DNA from: a virus
Taxonomy: Duplodnaviria; Caudoviricetes
Strand: one strand, 5' to 3'
IMG/VR virus record: IMGVR_UViG_3300038828_000048
Location: 32,001 to 96,000 of that record
DNA length: 64,000 bases
Part shown: one piece after another, positions 36,803 through 48,000 of the stretch
Layout: each line of letters begins with the position of its first letter
Numbering within the stretch: the stretch's first letter is position 1
The notes under the pieces: generated by a model
Told to the model about the DNA's origin: nothing
What the model saw: only the letters and a program-made list of their open reading frames with translations
The model's database searches: none
Program-made: the position numbers and the translations under genes

Positions 36803-39800
36803 GCAATTTTATAGAAATTTGTTTTGGTTTAGAAAATTGTACAAACATTCGTATAGAATGGTTATCCAAAGAAGGTGTACAAGTAGCTTGCGATAAAGAT
36901 AATTGCATTCGTTTAGCACCAGATCCTTATGCAGATGGAGAAAAATGTATAGAAGGATGGATACATTGTGATGAATGTAAATCGGGTAATAGCGAACCTA
37001 TATATTTTAAACGATGTTTTTGTACAACTAAAGCAGATTGCTTAGAATGTGAAGAATGTAAGAAATATGGGGATTCTAGTATTTGTGAAGGTGTATTAAC
37101 AGAACAACAAAAACAAGAAGGCAGGTTGTGTAATGGTGATTGCCCACCAGATAAACCATATTTTAATCCTATTGTAGAACGATGTGCTGAGTGCATAGAG
37201 GGATCAATTAATCAAGATAATCCATGTTTAATATGTGTTCAAGGATCTTGGACATTAAAATGTGAAAATTGTGATAAAACTACAGCAGAATGTAAAGAAT
37301 GTTTAACAAATACTGATTGTAGTAAAAATACAGATGGAAGAAATTGTTGTGATTCACAAGGAAAATGCGGATGCTGCCCAGGATTTTATTTCGATTGGAA
37401 ACAAAATAAATGTATTCTTATAGGTCCATGTGGACCAGATAAAGAATGTGGGGATTGTCAAGAATGTGTTGAAGTAATTGCTCCTGATGGTACAATTACT
37501 TATGATTGTGTACCTATTAAATGTCCTCCAGGAACAAAATGTATTAATGGTAAACAATGTATTCCTTGGGAATGCGAATCGGTTTCGTGTGATAATGGAG
37601 CAGATTGTGGTCCGAATTGCGGATGTGTAACTATAAATGGTGTAAAACAATGTGTACCGTGTGAAATATTAGAGTGTTTAGGTTTATGTGCAGAAGCATT
37701 AGGTTGTAGATGCAATGAAGTAACTGATAAATGTGAAGGTTTACCTGCATGTTCAAACCCTGATTGTGATGGTTCATCTCCGTGTGATGATCCAAACTGT
37801 ACTTGTTATAAACAAAGATGTGTAAATTGTGGTAATTTTCCATGTAATGGTGAAGATGGTGGGTGTACATCTTATGCAAATTGTAAATGCTCTGATTCTA
37901 ATAATTGCGAAGGTGGTAAGGAATGCAAGGATAAAATAAAACTTACACAAAAAGAAAATTGTGATAATGTTAATGGGTGTGAACTCGAAGCTGAATTAGT
38001 TTTAGAAAATAAATGTAATTGTGATCAAATAGAATTTAAAACTAGATTGATTGCTAATACAAGTCAAACTGTAGATCCGATTCCTGGAATTTCTGCGTTG
38101 GTGCTACCTGGGTTTGCATCTATAGAAGTAAAGTTATATAAATACGGGGTAGAATATAGTAAGTTTAAAGAATCAGATTTATTTGGTGATGATGAACTTG
38201 TTACTGGTACTATTAATACTATTATTACATATCAAGTTAAAGATTCTTATGGTAAATGGATAAATGTTCCTGAAACATCAAATATTCCTATTAGATCTAT
38301 AAATGTAAATAATATTGTTCCTATAATCAATATTAGTGAAAATTTGATTATAAAAGCTATTGACGGTAAACCAACAAGAGCATTTATAAAAGTTATTGCT
38401 CAGAATATCAAAGTGACATCGAATAATTGTATAAGTTACGAATCTAAAGAACTTCGTACAATGATGGTTGATTTTTCTTTAACAGCATCTCAAGTACAAA
38501 CTTTATTACTAGACTATATATCTTTTAACTCAGTATTTTTAAATGATACAGTTAATGATAGAAAACCATTATTTATTTGGTATAAATCTATTGATGGAGT
38601 TAATAATAAAGTTCAATATAAAAATAATGGAGTTTACGCAAATTCTGGATATTTTAGAAAAAGATATGTTGATAAAGTAGGTAGTACATATAAAGATACA
38701 ATTGCTTCTCCTGTTGATGGATTAGTTCCTAATTATATGTATATGACCAAAGTGAATTGTGGATGTAATCCAAATAACTCAGCACTTACTACTGGTCCAT
38801 TATTGTTCTGTTGTCCAAAGGAATATAATGTAAAATTTGATAATTGTAATACTAAAGTATCTATTGATGCGTTCAATGTTTGTTCGGTAAATGGTAGATT
38901 ATTAGATCACCAATCTCCTAATTTTATATTCCCTACAGAATGTCAAACAAATTATATAGTAATTGTAGATAAAGAAAGTAGAACAGAGAAAACAGTTGAT
39001 TTACGATATGAATCTACAAATAGAGTTAGGAATGTTGAAATAAATTCTCCAACCGATCCTATCGTTGGTATAAGAATCGCTCAAAAATATAATGGTGGAT
39101 TGCTTTCTGGTATTCAATGTATAAAGGAGTTTAAACCACCTGTAGTAATATTTCCTTCATTAGATTTTAAAATTGATTGTGAATTTAGTACAACTAAAGC
39201 AAAAGTTACTGTACAACAAACAAGTGGTGCTGATCTTAGAATATCAGATATAGAATATATATCTGGTAATAAAAATACACAAATATCATTGAATGTAGTT
39301 ACTAATTTAGTTGGAAGCATGTTTGTTACAGAAATTCCAAAACAAGTTAGTAATAAATCGGTATTTCCATTAAAAGCTCTTGTACGATTTGTTGGAGGAT
39401 GTATAAAATATTTTGATATTCCTTCATGTGAAGTAAAATTAAATTTAGAAACACAAGGTAGAACAGTTAGTAATAAACTTTGTCCTATATCTGGTACAGG
39501 AGTAGTTATAAAAGCAACACCTGATTTTTTTGATAATTCTCGACCTATTACTTATACTCTTTCTGGTGGTGATCTTTTACAACCATTGAGTGTTTCAAAT
39601 ACCGATGGATCAGCGTTATTTAACGATTTAGGAGCAGGTACTTATACTGGTATAGCTACTCAAGATGATCTTATAGCAACATCGACCATCATAGTAAATA
39701 ATGCTTCTACACCAAACATTACTATAGCAAATAGTAGTATTTGTCAAGGAGAAACAACTTCTATAAATATAGAAGCAATTCCTGGTAGTGCTTTTACAGT

Positions 39801-41964
39801 ATATAATCCATCTGGTTCGATAATTTCATCACCAATAATTCCAAATACTGGAGTATTTACTATACCAAACATTTCGCTTTCAGGAGAATATTTAGTAACA
39901 TTAAATAATAATGTTGATGGTGCTTATTGTTCTCCTTTTAATAAAACTGTTACATTAAGTATAGGTGGTCAAAATCTAAATCCATCTATAGAGTTTCAAG
40001 TTGGTAATTATTGTATAGGAGATTCCATACCATTTAGAATTACAGATGGGGGTGTAGGTGCTACTTATAGTTTACAAAGTTCATCAGGGATCGTTCCTCC
40101 TACATTACAAGCAACATCTCAAGGGTTTAATGGTACATTTATCCCATCAACAAATCCAGCTTATATATCAATTATTAGTGTAGTAGGTGAATGTAATACA
40201 TTAGCAACAACTCCTATACAAGCATCTATTTCTGGGTTGCTTCAACAAGTAAATATTACAAATATTACTTATCCGTGTAATGGAGATAATAATCATATTG
40301 TAAGTTTTACTGCGATAGGAGCAGTATCGGCTATGATAAATAATGAACCTTGTACAAATCTGGGATCTGGACAATTTACTAAAATTGTAACTGGATCTGG
40401 AGATATAACTATACAAGCAACGAACGGATCGTGTGTTACAACTCAAATTATAACATTAAATAGTTGTGAATCTCCTAATTATTCAGCAAGTATAGGAATT
40501 TCTGGATCTACTTGTGGACAAGGATCTCAAGATATATTTTATACAGCATACACAGCAGGTTTAATAGGTTATAATTATCAACTTCAAAAAGAAATTAGTG
40601 GAGTTTGGGTTGATGTTTCTGGACAATCTGGTATATTTTCAGCACCACCACCAAATACAAATAGTTTCACAGTAAATAATACAATAGGTGTTGTAGAAAG
40701 TTATAGAGTTAAATTCACACAAGGAGGTAATACTTATTATACAAATAGTGTTGAAACATCTTCAATACAACCCCCAAATATTTCTATAATTGGTCAAACT
40801 GTAGGAAATACTACATCTACATACACATTTACAGCACAAGGAGGTTTACTTGGAGTAACAACTTATTCGTGGTCTGGAGCAGGTGTTAGCGGAAATAATG
40901 CAACATCAAATCCTATACAGTTTAATACCCCAGGTGTTTATAATATTGTAGTAAATACTGATACAAATGGTTGTATAGGTACAGCTTCTCATACTATTAC
41001 AATAGAACAATCTTGTGCTAATCCTATTACAGCAAGTATATCAGTATCAGGAAACACAGGTTGTCAAACTTTTAACGCAATTGCATCTGGGGGTTCTGGA
41101 ACACTCACTTATGAGTGGTTGATTGATAATGTAGTTATACATAATGGTATGACATTTTCTGGTCAATCAATTAATGTAGGAGATACAGTATTGGTTACTT
41201 TACGAGTAAGTGCTCTTAGTTCTGGATGTGCTCCATCCGAAGCATCAATGAATTATACTAAGTGTGCTGGAGGATGCGATTGTAATTATACAATTTCTGT
41301 AGTAGATAGTGTAACTGGTATAGATACAATACTATCGACATTTGAAGTTATTGAATTATCAGGAAGACAACAAATTCGACATATTGGTAGAAAAATAGTA
41401 ACAAAACAATGTTTGGGTGGTGTCCCAGAAATATTATTTGATACCACGGGTAATTATAACTATGGTATTACTAAAGTAATTAGTAGAGTTGATTTATTAT
41501 CTACAGAACCTATTACATCTATTGATATGATTATATCAGGATCTTCGGTTACACAAGCAATACCTACATCTTTTGGTGGAGGAAATCCTCAAACATCTCC
41601 AGTACATTTAGCGCAATATCTTAATAATATAACATCTTCAAGTATATTTATCGCAACTAGCAGCTCTGTAGAGTTTACAATATCAAGCGCAAATACTTCT
41701 GGTTTCAATACATCTGGTACATACACAAGAGGATCGAGTACATTGAATTTTAGTAGTGGTGCGAGTGCTACAGCATTTATAACACAAGGATATACTACTG
41801 GATGTGGTACTATAATCACAGATAAATTATATCAAAGTTTACTAGGAACTCCTTATACAGTAACATATAACTCTCTTACTCTTACAGGAACTCCTTCGAT
41901 TTCATTCTCGAATAATTTGGGAACTCATGCACCAACAAGAACTTGTGTGGGTTGTAATTCATAA
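36799..41964 (+). CDS. Giant Cys-rich / Ig-like repeat virion protein (1721 aa)
   Basis: About 65 Cys in the first 410 aa; C-terminal PKD/SprB-like beta-sandwich repeats (SICQGETTSI, TYSWSGAG, PGVYNIVV..NGC, TYEWLID). Confidence 0.85.
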   Translation: MSNFIEICFGLENCTNIRIEWLSKEGVQVACDKDNCIRLAPDPYADGEKCIEGWIHCDECKSGNSEPIYFKRCFCTTKADCLECEECKKYGDSSICEGVLTEQQKQEGRLCNGDCPPDKPYFNPIVERCAECIEGSINQDNPCLICVQGSWTLKCENCDKTTAECKECLTNTDCSKNTDGRNCCDSQGKCGCCPGFYFDWKQNKCILIGPCGPDKECGDCQECVEVIAPDGTITYDCVPIKCPPGTKCINGKQCIPWECESVSCDNGADCGPNCGCVTINGVKQCVPCEILECLGLCAEALGCRCNEVTDKCEGLPACSNPDCDGSSPCDDPNCTCYKQRCVNCGNFPCNGEDGGCTSYANCKCSDSNNCEGGKECKDKIKLTQKENCDNVNGCELEAELVLENKCNCDQIEFKTRLIANTSQTVDPIPGISALVLPGFASIEVKLYKYGVEYSKFKESDLFGDDELVTGTINTIITYQVKDSYGKWINVPETSNIPIRSINVNNIVPIINISENLIIKAIDGKPTRAFIKVIAQNIKVTSNNCISYESKELRTMMVDFSLTASQVQTLLLDYISFNSVFLNDTVNDRKPLFIWYKSIDGVNNKVQYKNNGVYANSGYFRKRYVDKVGSTYKDTIASPVDGLVPNYMYMTKVNCGCNPNNSALTTGPLLFCCPKEYNVKFDNCNTKVSIDAFNVCSVNGRLLDHQSPNFIFPTECQTNYIVIVDKESRTEKTVDLRYESTNRVRNVEINSPTDPIVGIRIAQKYNGGLLSGIQCIKEFKPPVVIFPSLDFKIDCEFSTTKAKVTVQQTSGADLRISDIEYISGNKNTQISLNVVTNLVGSMFVTEIPKQVSNKSVFPLKALVRFVGGCIKYFDIPSCEVKLNLETQGRTVSNKLCPISGTGVVIKATPDFFDNSRPITYTLSGGDLLQPLSVSNTDGSALFNDLGAGTYTGIATQDDLIATSTIIVNNASTPNITIANSSICQGETTSINIEAIPGSAFTVYNPSGSIISSPIIPNTGVFTIPNISLSGEYLVTLNNNVDGAYCSPFNKTVTLSIGGQNLNPSIEFQVGNYCIGDSIPFRITDGGVGATYSLQSSSGIVPPTLQATSQGFNGTFIPSTNPAYISIISVVGECNTLATTPIQASISGLLQQVNITNITYPCNGDNNHIVSFTAIGAVSAMINNEPCTNLGSGQFTKIVTGSGDITIQATNGSCVTTQIITLNSCESPNYSASIGISGSTCGQGSQDIFYTAYTAGLIGYNYQLQKEISGVWVDVSGQSGIFSAPPPNTNSFTVNNTIGVVESYRVKFTQGGNTYYTNSVETSSIQPPNISIIGQTVGNTTSTYTFTAQGGLLGVTTYSWSGAGVSGNNATSNPIQFNTPGVYNIVVNTDTNGCIGTASHTITIEQSCANPITASISVSGNTGCQTFNAIASGGSGTLTYEWLIDNVVIHNGMTFSGQSINVGDTVLVTLRVSALSSGCAPSEASMNYTKCAGGCDCNYTISVVDSVTGIDTILSTFEVIELSGRQQIRHIGRKIVTKQCLGGVPEILFDTTGNYNYGITKVISRVDLLSTEPITSIDMIISGSSVTQAIPTSFGGGNPQTSPVHLAQYLNNITSSSIFIATSSSVEFTISSANTSGFNTSGTYTRGSSTLNFSSGASATAFITQGYTTGCGTIITDKLYQSLLGTPYTVTYNSLTLTGTPSISFSNNLGTHAPTRTCVGCNS

Positions 41965-42011
41965 TAATAAAAGTAAGCGATGGTTTTCATTTTTTCATGA
42001 GTTTTGAGTTT

Positions 42012-42038
42012 AGGAGATGAGAAATTATCTCCTTTCTT
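42012..42038 (+). terminator. Probable intrinsic terminator
   Basis: AGGAGAT / ATCTCCT followed by TTCTT. Confidence 0.55.
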
Positions 42039-42063
42039 AAATAAAAAAAAACATTAAGTTAAT

Positions 42064-42519
42064 ATGGATATTAGTAAGTTAAGAATAGCGGATGAATCAA
42101 CAAATTTAGTATCAAAATCAAATGAGCTAAAAATTGATTTCCAACCAAATAGAATTAAATTTAATTTGATGGAAATTATTCCTACAAATGCTATATTAAA
42201 AAAATATAATATATCTTTATTAGATCCTAATAAAGGAAACAGGATTGTAGATATAGGATTAAAAATTAATACTGATGTATTTCTGGATGATGTTTATAGC
42301 TCTCTTACTTTAAAAGGTAATCTGCTTTATGAATATAAAGATGAAACTTACGAGATTAATATAAATAATAAAATCAACGCTCTTGAAGAAAATAAAATAA
42401 TAAATAATGTAAAACATCTATCATCTGTTATTTTAAATTCTGATGAAGATGTGATCAATTATTTATTGGATAAAATTTCTAGTTTAGAAACTAGAATTAT
42501 AGCGTTAGAATTAAGATAA
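42064..42519 (+). CDS. Hypothetical structural protein with a C-terminal coiled coil
   Basis: Ends INYLLDKISSLETRIIALELR. Confidence 0.65.
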   Translation: MDISKLRIADESTNLVSKSNELKIDFQPNRIKFNLMEIIPTNAILKKYNISLLDPNKGNRIVDIGLKINTDVFLDDVYSSLTLKGNLLYEYKDETYEININNKINALEENKIINNVKHLSSVILNSDEDVINYLLDKISSLETRIIALELR

Positions 42520-42537
42520 TTAAGATAATTAAGATAA
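42511..42537 (+). repeat. (TTAAGATAA)x3 tandem repeat
   Basis: Three exact 9-bp copies spanning the stop of one gene and the start of the next. Confidence 0.9.
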
Positions 42538-43262
42538 TGAGTAACCATAATCATTACGAAACAGTTGGTAAAGTTATTTTTTCTGTAAAAGAGCAAACAG
42601 ACGCTCATTTACTATCTGATGATACTGGGTTTTCTGATGAACAAATTTATTATTATCTTTTACAATGTAGAAGTTTATTTTTATATAGAAAGTATAGAAC
42701 ATATAGAGATGTTAGTCAAAAAGATTATATGACTACACCTTGTATGAATCTCATTGATGCTGATAATCAATGTCCATGTAAACCACCAACTGGGTGCGAA
42801 ATACTAATGACAGAGTTATATCTACCTAATATGATAGGAAATATTATTTCTGTAACAAATCCTGATGGTACAAAGGAATATACTCCTACGGAATCAAATT
42901 TATCGAAATATAGAAAAGATTCAAGAATCAAAAAATTCGCTGATAAAACATCATATTTTCAACTATCCAATAACAAAGGTACAAAATTGTATATAATATC
43001 AGATAAACCCTTAAAAGCAATCAAAGTAACTCTAATACCTCAGTATCCAGAAGAAATACAAAGGATGCCTGATTGTAAAGGAGATAATATAAACGAATGT
43101 GTAGCTACTTATGATTTAGAATGGATTTTAGATCCTGATTTAACAAAAGCATGTATTGATGAAACAATTAATATATTACTTAGAACAAAAAGCAAACTTG
43201 CTGATGTTAAAAATAATGGTGTAGATGATAATATCGCTAATAAACAAGAAATAAATGTTTGA
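42537..43262 (+). CDS. Tail ring protein
   Basis: LSDDTGFSDEQIYYYL..RS, CMNLIDAD..C, KLYI; crAss-like position before the IHF-like and tubular genes. Confidence 0.75.
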   Translation: MSNHNHYETVGKVIFSVKEQTDAHLLSDDTGFSDEQIYYYLLQCRSLFLYRKYRTYRDVSQKDYMTTPCMNLIDADNQCPCKPPTGCEILMTELYLPNMIGNIISVTNPDGTKEYTPTESNLSKYRKDSRIKKFADKTSYFQLSNNKGTKLYIISDKPLKAIKVTLIPQYPEEIQRMPDCKGDNINECVATYDLEWILDPDLTKACIDETINILLRTKSKLADVKNNGVDDNIANKQEINV

Positions 43263-43818
43263 TTTAGGGAGTGAACTCGATAAAACGATTTTTAAGAAAA
43301 ATAAAATATCTACTCCAATAAGTAGAGATCATTCTAATGGATATAATCGAAAATTTAAGGCATTAGATAATAAAAAGAATAAATTTAATAATCACAAAAT
43401 ACTACGATTTGAAGCTTATAAATTATATAGAGAAAAGGAATTACCGAATGATACACACATAAACTATATATCATTTGCTAAAGTATTAATTTATTTGTTT
43501 ACAGAAATAGCTAAACAAGTTATACTTAATAAAAAAGCATGGAACATTAATCGTATTGGTATTATTCGTTTTTCATCAATATATGTTAAGAAAAATGAAA
43601 ATATAATCATTAATAATAGTCCTGAAACAGGTAAAGCTAAAATGGATATGGTCAAAGTGTTTGGAAAAATTAAATATTATAAATCTTCTAATTTATATCT
43701 TAGAAGATTTAGTTTTTTAGTATCAAAAAAGATTAAACTCATGTTTCAAAAAGATCTAAGGGAATATAGTAAGAGTTATACACATAAACGATTTACAGAA
43801 CTAAAAACATACATATAG
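43255..43818 (+). CDS. Basic IHF-like protein
   Basis: FAKVLIYLFTEIAKQVI...INRIGII; very basic; conserved crAss-like position. Confidence 0.6.
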   Translation: MFDLGSELDKTIFKKNKISTPISRDHSNGYNRKFKALDNKKNKFNNHKILRFEAYKLYREKELPNDTHINYISFAKVLIYLFTEIAKQVILNKKAWNINRIGIIRFSSIYVKKNENIIINNSPETGKAKMDMVKVFGKIKYYKSSNLYLRRFSFLVSKKIKLMFQKDLREYSKSYTHKRFTELKTYI

Positions 43819-43842
43819 CAATTATTAATCAAATATTAATTG

Positions 43843-43850
43843 TACTTTTG
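43843..43850 (+). promoter_or_regulatory. -7 promoter box
   Basis: TACTTTTG 19 nt before ATG 43870. Confidence 0.55.
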
Positions 43851-43869
43851 TAGAATAAAATAATGCTTT

Positions 43870-45078
43870 ATGAGTTATAGTGGACAAATTTCAATTAAAA
43901 ATATCATCCAGGATTATATAAATAAATCTGGACATAAAGGTAATTTGAATGAAGAATATGTATATATAGCAGCAGAAGAAGCATTAGATCAAATAATAAC
44001 AGGAAATGGTTATTTCGAGTATATAATATTATTAAATCTTTATAATCAAAAAGCTGAATTACCAGCAAATTTTAAATATCCAACTCAAGTAGCATATAGA
44101 CCACCATACAATATAGAAACACCTGCTAATGATTTAAAAAGATACTTCATTAGTACTATAAATAATAATTATGTCGAAAATGTTTGTTTAGATGCTTGTA
44201 CATCTTGTAAACAAACAAAATGTTGTTGCGAAACAAAAGAATGGTATCCTATTGAAACAACAGATACTTATGTAAAACTTGTTAAAGAACCAATGTTAGC
44301 AACAGGGTATTCAAAATTTCTCTATGGTGTACAAAACGAATATTCAAACAATAAAACTAGTTTTTTATCAGAACTTCCACATAATAAAAGTAACTTAGAA
44401 AAAAATATTGTTCGACATCATATTATTCCTAGTTTTACTAGATCACAAAAATGTCCAGAGTTTCAAGTTGTTAGACCAAGATCAAATTACTTTTTTAATC
44501 TTCCAAACGAATTAAAATATTGCAATCTTCCTAGTTATGATACGAATTTAGAGTATTCTATAGATAATAGAATCATTCAATTGAACAATTATGATTATAG
44601 ATGTAATAAATGTAATTCTTGTAAAAATAGAAATGGTTCTTGTGAAACAAATCTCCCTATGGAACGTCATGGTGAACTTTTGATATCATATATGGGTCAT
44701 AAAGTTGATGAAGAAGGGTTTAGAATGATTCCTGATGAATTATATGTAATTAAAGCTGTTACAGATTATATTATATCATATATAGCTTTTATAGATTATT
44801 CTATCAAAAGAGATCAATCGTCTGAAAGATATTGGATGAATGTAAAAATGGTAGCTGAGAAATCGATTATACAAGCAAGAAGTAGATATAGAATACCTCC
44901 ACCTGATAAAATGGATTTATTCTTTCAAAATATTTGGTCTAAAAAATCACAATATAATTCTAGTTCAGATCAATTAAATAGGTTTTTACCAGAGTTAGAA
45001 GGGAGATTGGTTGGATCTCATTATACAGAACAAGATTATAATAATTATTCTTCCATGTTTCATAATCATACACATTAA
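43870..45078 (+). CDS. Tail tubular/ring protein (P22 gp4-like)
   Basis: ISIKNII, EALDQI, KAELPANF, ISYMG.KVDEEGFRMIPD, AVTDYI; Cys-rich insertions. Confidence 0.85.
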   Translation: MSYSGQISIKNIIQDYINKSGHKGNLNEEYVYIAAEEALDQIITGNGYFEYIILLNLYNQKAELPANFKYPTQVAYRPPYNIETPANDLKRYFISTINNNYVENVCLDACTSCKQTKCCCETKEWYPIETTDTYVKLVKEPMLATGYSKFLYGVQNEYSNNKTSFLSELPHNKSNLEKNIVRHHIIPSFTRSQKCPEFQVVRPRSNYFFNLPNELKYCNLPSYDTNLEYSIDNRIIQLNNYDYRCNKCNSCKNRNGSCETNLPMERHGELLISYMGHKVDEEGFRMIPDELYVIKAVTDYIISYIAFIDYSIKRDQSSERYWMNVKMVAEKSIIQARSRYRIPPPDKMDLFFQNIWSKKSQYNSSSDQLNRFLPELEGRLVGSHYTEQDYNNYSSMFHNHTH

Positions 45079-45080
45079 TA

Positions 45081-48000
45081 ATGGATGATAAACCGATAAT
45101 ATCGATATTTAATAAAGGAATGCATATGGATGCACAATATTCAGTGCAACCAGAAGGTACATATCCTATAGGAATGAATATTATTAATAGAGATGAGTAT
45201 CAAAGTTCTTTTAAATCCAATGAACATGGTACGATTAAGCTAGAAGAATTTCCTGATGTTATAGGAGATGTATTCATGAAAGATCTAAACGAAACTACTT
45301 TTATAACCAAAGATGGAAGTATTAAGATTTTTAACTATGATCAGAATAAAAAAATAGATGTAGCATCTTTCGCAGAATTTGGATGTCCAATGGAAGTCAA
45401 AGATTGCGAGTATATTAATGTAAGATATACTAAAAAAGGTTGTGATTCTTATTTACACTGGTCTAGTAATAATATATATTATTGGGTAAATTTATCTGAA
45501 TTAAGAGATCCTAAAAGAAAAGAATCTTTAATAAAAAAACTTAATGGGGGTGATTGCAAAGATTGCAATACTGGATGTGATTATTTTAAAATATTTAGAC
45601 CAAAAAACGAACCTAAATCTAAATTAGATTCACATCAATATGGAGGTAGTTTACCAGCAGGTACTTATGTAACTGTTCCACGATTAATTAATGAAGATAA
45701 AACTTATACTAATTGGGGAGTACCTAGTAGAACAGTTCATGTGGGATCCGAACATAATATACCTGGAGAAGAATCTACTGGTAGATTAAGTATTACTTAT
45801 GATAATTTGGATTGTAATTATAGTAAAATAGAAATTGTTGTAATATATTACAATGGTTCTACAATTACAGCAAGATCAAATGAATACTATTATAGCAAAG
45901 ATTCCTTTACTGTTGAATATCATCAATTACAAGGTACTGATATTCTTATAGATGAAATATTAATAAAATCACAAGTGAATCTTGAAGGATCTGATTTATT
46001 TAACTATGATGGTATGATGTATTATTTTGGTATTAAACCAAGAAAAGAATATAACATACAAAAAATTGCATCTAAAGTAACTGTAAAATGGATAGCTGAA
46101 AAATATACTTTAGAAGATGCAAAACGATATAACATAAAAACACTACCTTATGGAGAATCAATTGCGTTAGGTTTAGTTATTAATCATGATGATGGATCAC
46201 ATTCTTATGTGGGTCATATACCTTGTGGTGGAGCTGGATCATCTTCATTATCAATAGACTTAGGTTCTAGTACTTCAAATAATAGTTTAACTGGGAATAC
46301 TGGATCGGGTGGTAAAAGTTTAGATATTAATTCATCATCTGGATCAACAGGTACAGGTAGTGGATCTGGTTCAGGATCAACTGGATCTGCATTAGGTAAT
46401 ATTTCAATTCAAAAACAAGGTGAGTATAAGAGAACTAGAACTGCTATACCAGATACACCTAGCGACTTGAGTAACAATGATGAGTTAATAGATATTGAAA
46501 AACAATTAATTGAATCTTATACTACAGATGTATTAGATTTAGTTAATGTTATTAGACCAGCTTGTAGTTGTCAAGGATATACTCCACCAGATCCACCTAT
46601 AGAAGGATGTTGTCCACCACCACCAGATGAATTAAATCAATTCTGTAATGTTTGTAATGGACACAAAGATGCAGATTTAGTTTTAAAAGATATTCAAACT
46701 GCTGAAAAAATAGGTGTTAAATGGTTATCTATCTTAGGAGATTATATTGGTAGAGATGGTAAAACTGATTTAAAATTAGATTTCAAACCAAATACTATAA
46801 AAGAAGTTGCTCTTGATATTATTGATGCTATCAAAAAGAGAGAACGAGTAATTATAGAAAAAACTATATATAAAGTTACAAAAAATGTTAGTTATGGTGG
46901 TGGTAGTAACTCATCATCTATTAATTCTTTAACTGGTTTCGCACCAACATCTAATCCGCAAACCCCAAGTTATCCAAACGGTATTATAGTTGCAACTGGT
47001 AGTACTAAATGTAAAGTAGAATCTAGAGAATATCCTTGTATTAGAGATTGTTATGGTAATCCTATATATGAAGGATTAACTGGTTCTAAAATACGACATC
47101 ATAAATTACCTGATGAAACAGAATTAACATTTTTTGAATCTAAAAGTATAGGTGTTCCATCTATTGCTACTCCTGATGCAGATGAATATGCAGATCATTA
47201 TGGAGTATATTTAGGATTAATATTTGAGAATATTATTATCGATTACGATGATTATTATAAAGTAACTGGTAAAAAGGTTAGTAAAACTAAACCTTTTAAT
47301 ATCGTTCAAGCAGAGTTGAATTATAGTAATAAAACTATTCTTACTAAAGGGTTGATGTTATCCAATTATGTATCATCAAATCAAGGTAAAGAGTATGATT
47401 ATCAACCTCACGCAGTTAATTCTATGGAACGTGTTAACAAATACATAGATATCAATGATTCTAGATGGGATCCAGGTGCAGGTCCTAGTAATACTGTTTG
47501 TATGTATTCATTAGATCAACAAGTATTACAACCATCTATCGCAGGAGCTACTAAGCTCAAAATACTTGGGAGAATGACTGGTAATGGTTTTAGACATTAC
47601 TTATATACAAAAGGTAAAAAAGTTGATAATGCTACATTCGGTAGGAGAATAGATAGAGCTGGATGTGTATCAGCAACTAATCTTTCAACATTTTCTGCAA
47701 AATCTGCTGATTACGATGTTACATTTTATAAATATATAAAAGGTGGTTTAGATTCTGTAGAAGCACCTGGACCAGGAGCAACTCGACCATTAATGAATAA
47801 ATATGGTCAAGATTGTTTATGGATAGGATTAAATTCATCTTATTCTGTAAAAGATGATTCTTTTGTAGGAGATGTATTAGATCATAAAGCTCCTTTATAT
47901 GCTGAAGGTGATTATGCTGTTTTATATAGAGATCTTCCTGATCAATATGGTTCGCTTGAAACTATAAACTATATTCCTATATTGGAAGCTGATGGAGATG

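Noticed and set aside
27036-41964. Diversity-generating retroelement or invertible fibre cassette
   Set aside because: No reverse transcriptase, invertase or template/variable repeat pair seen in this window.
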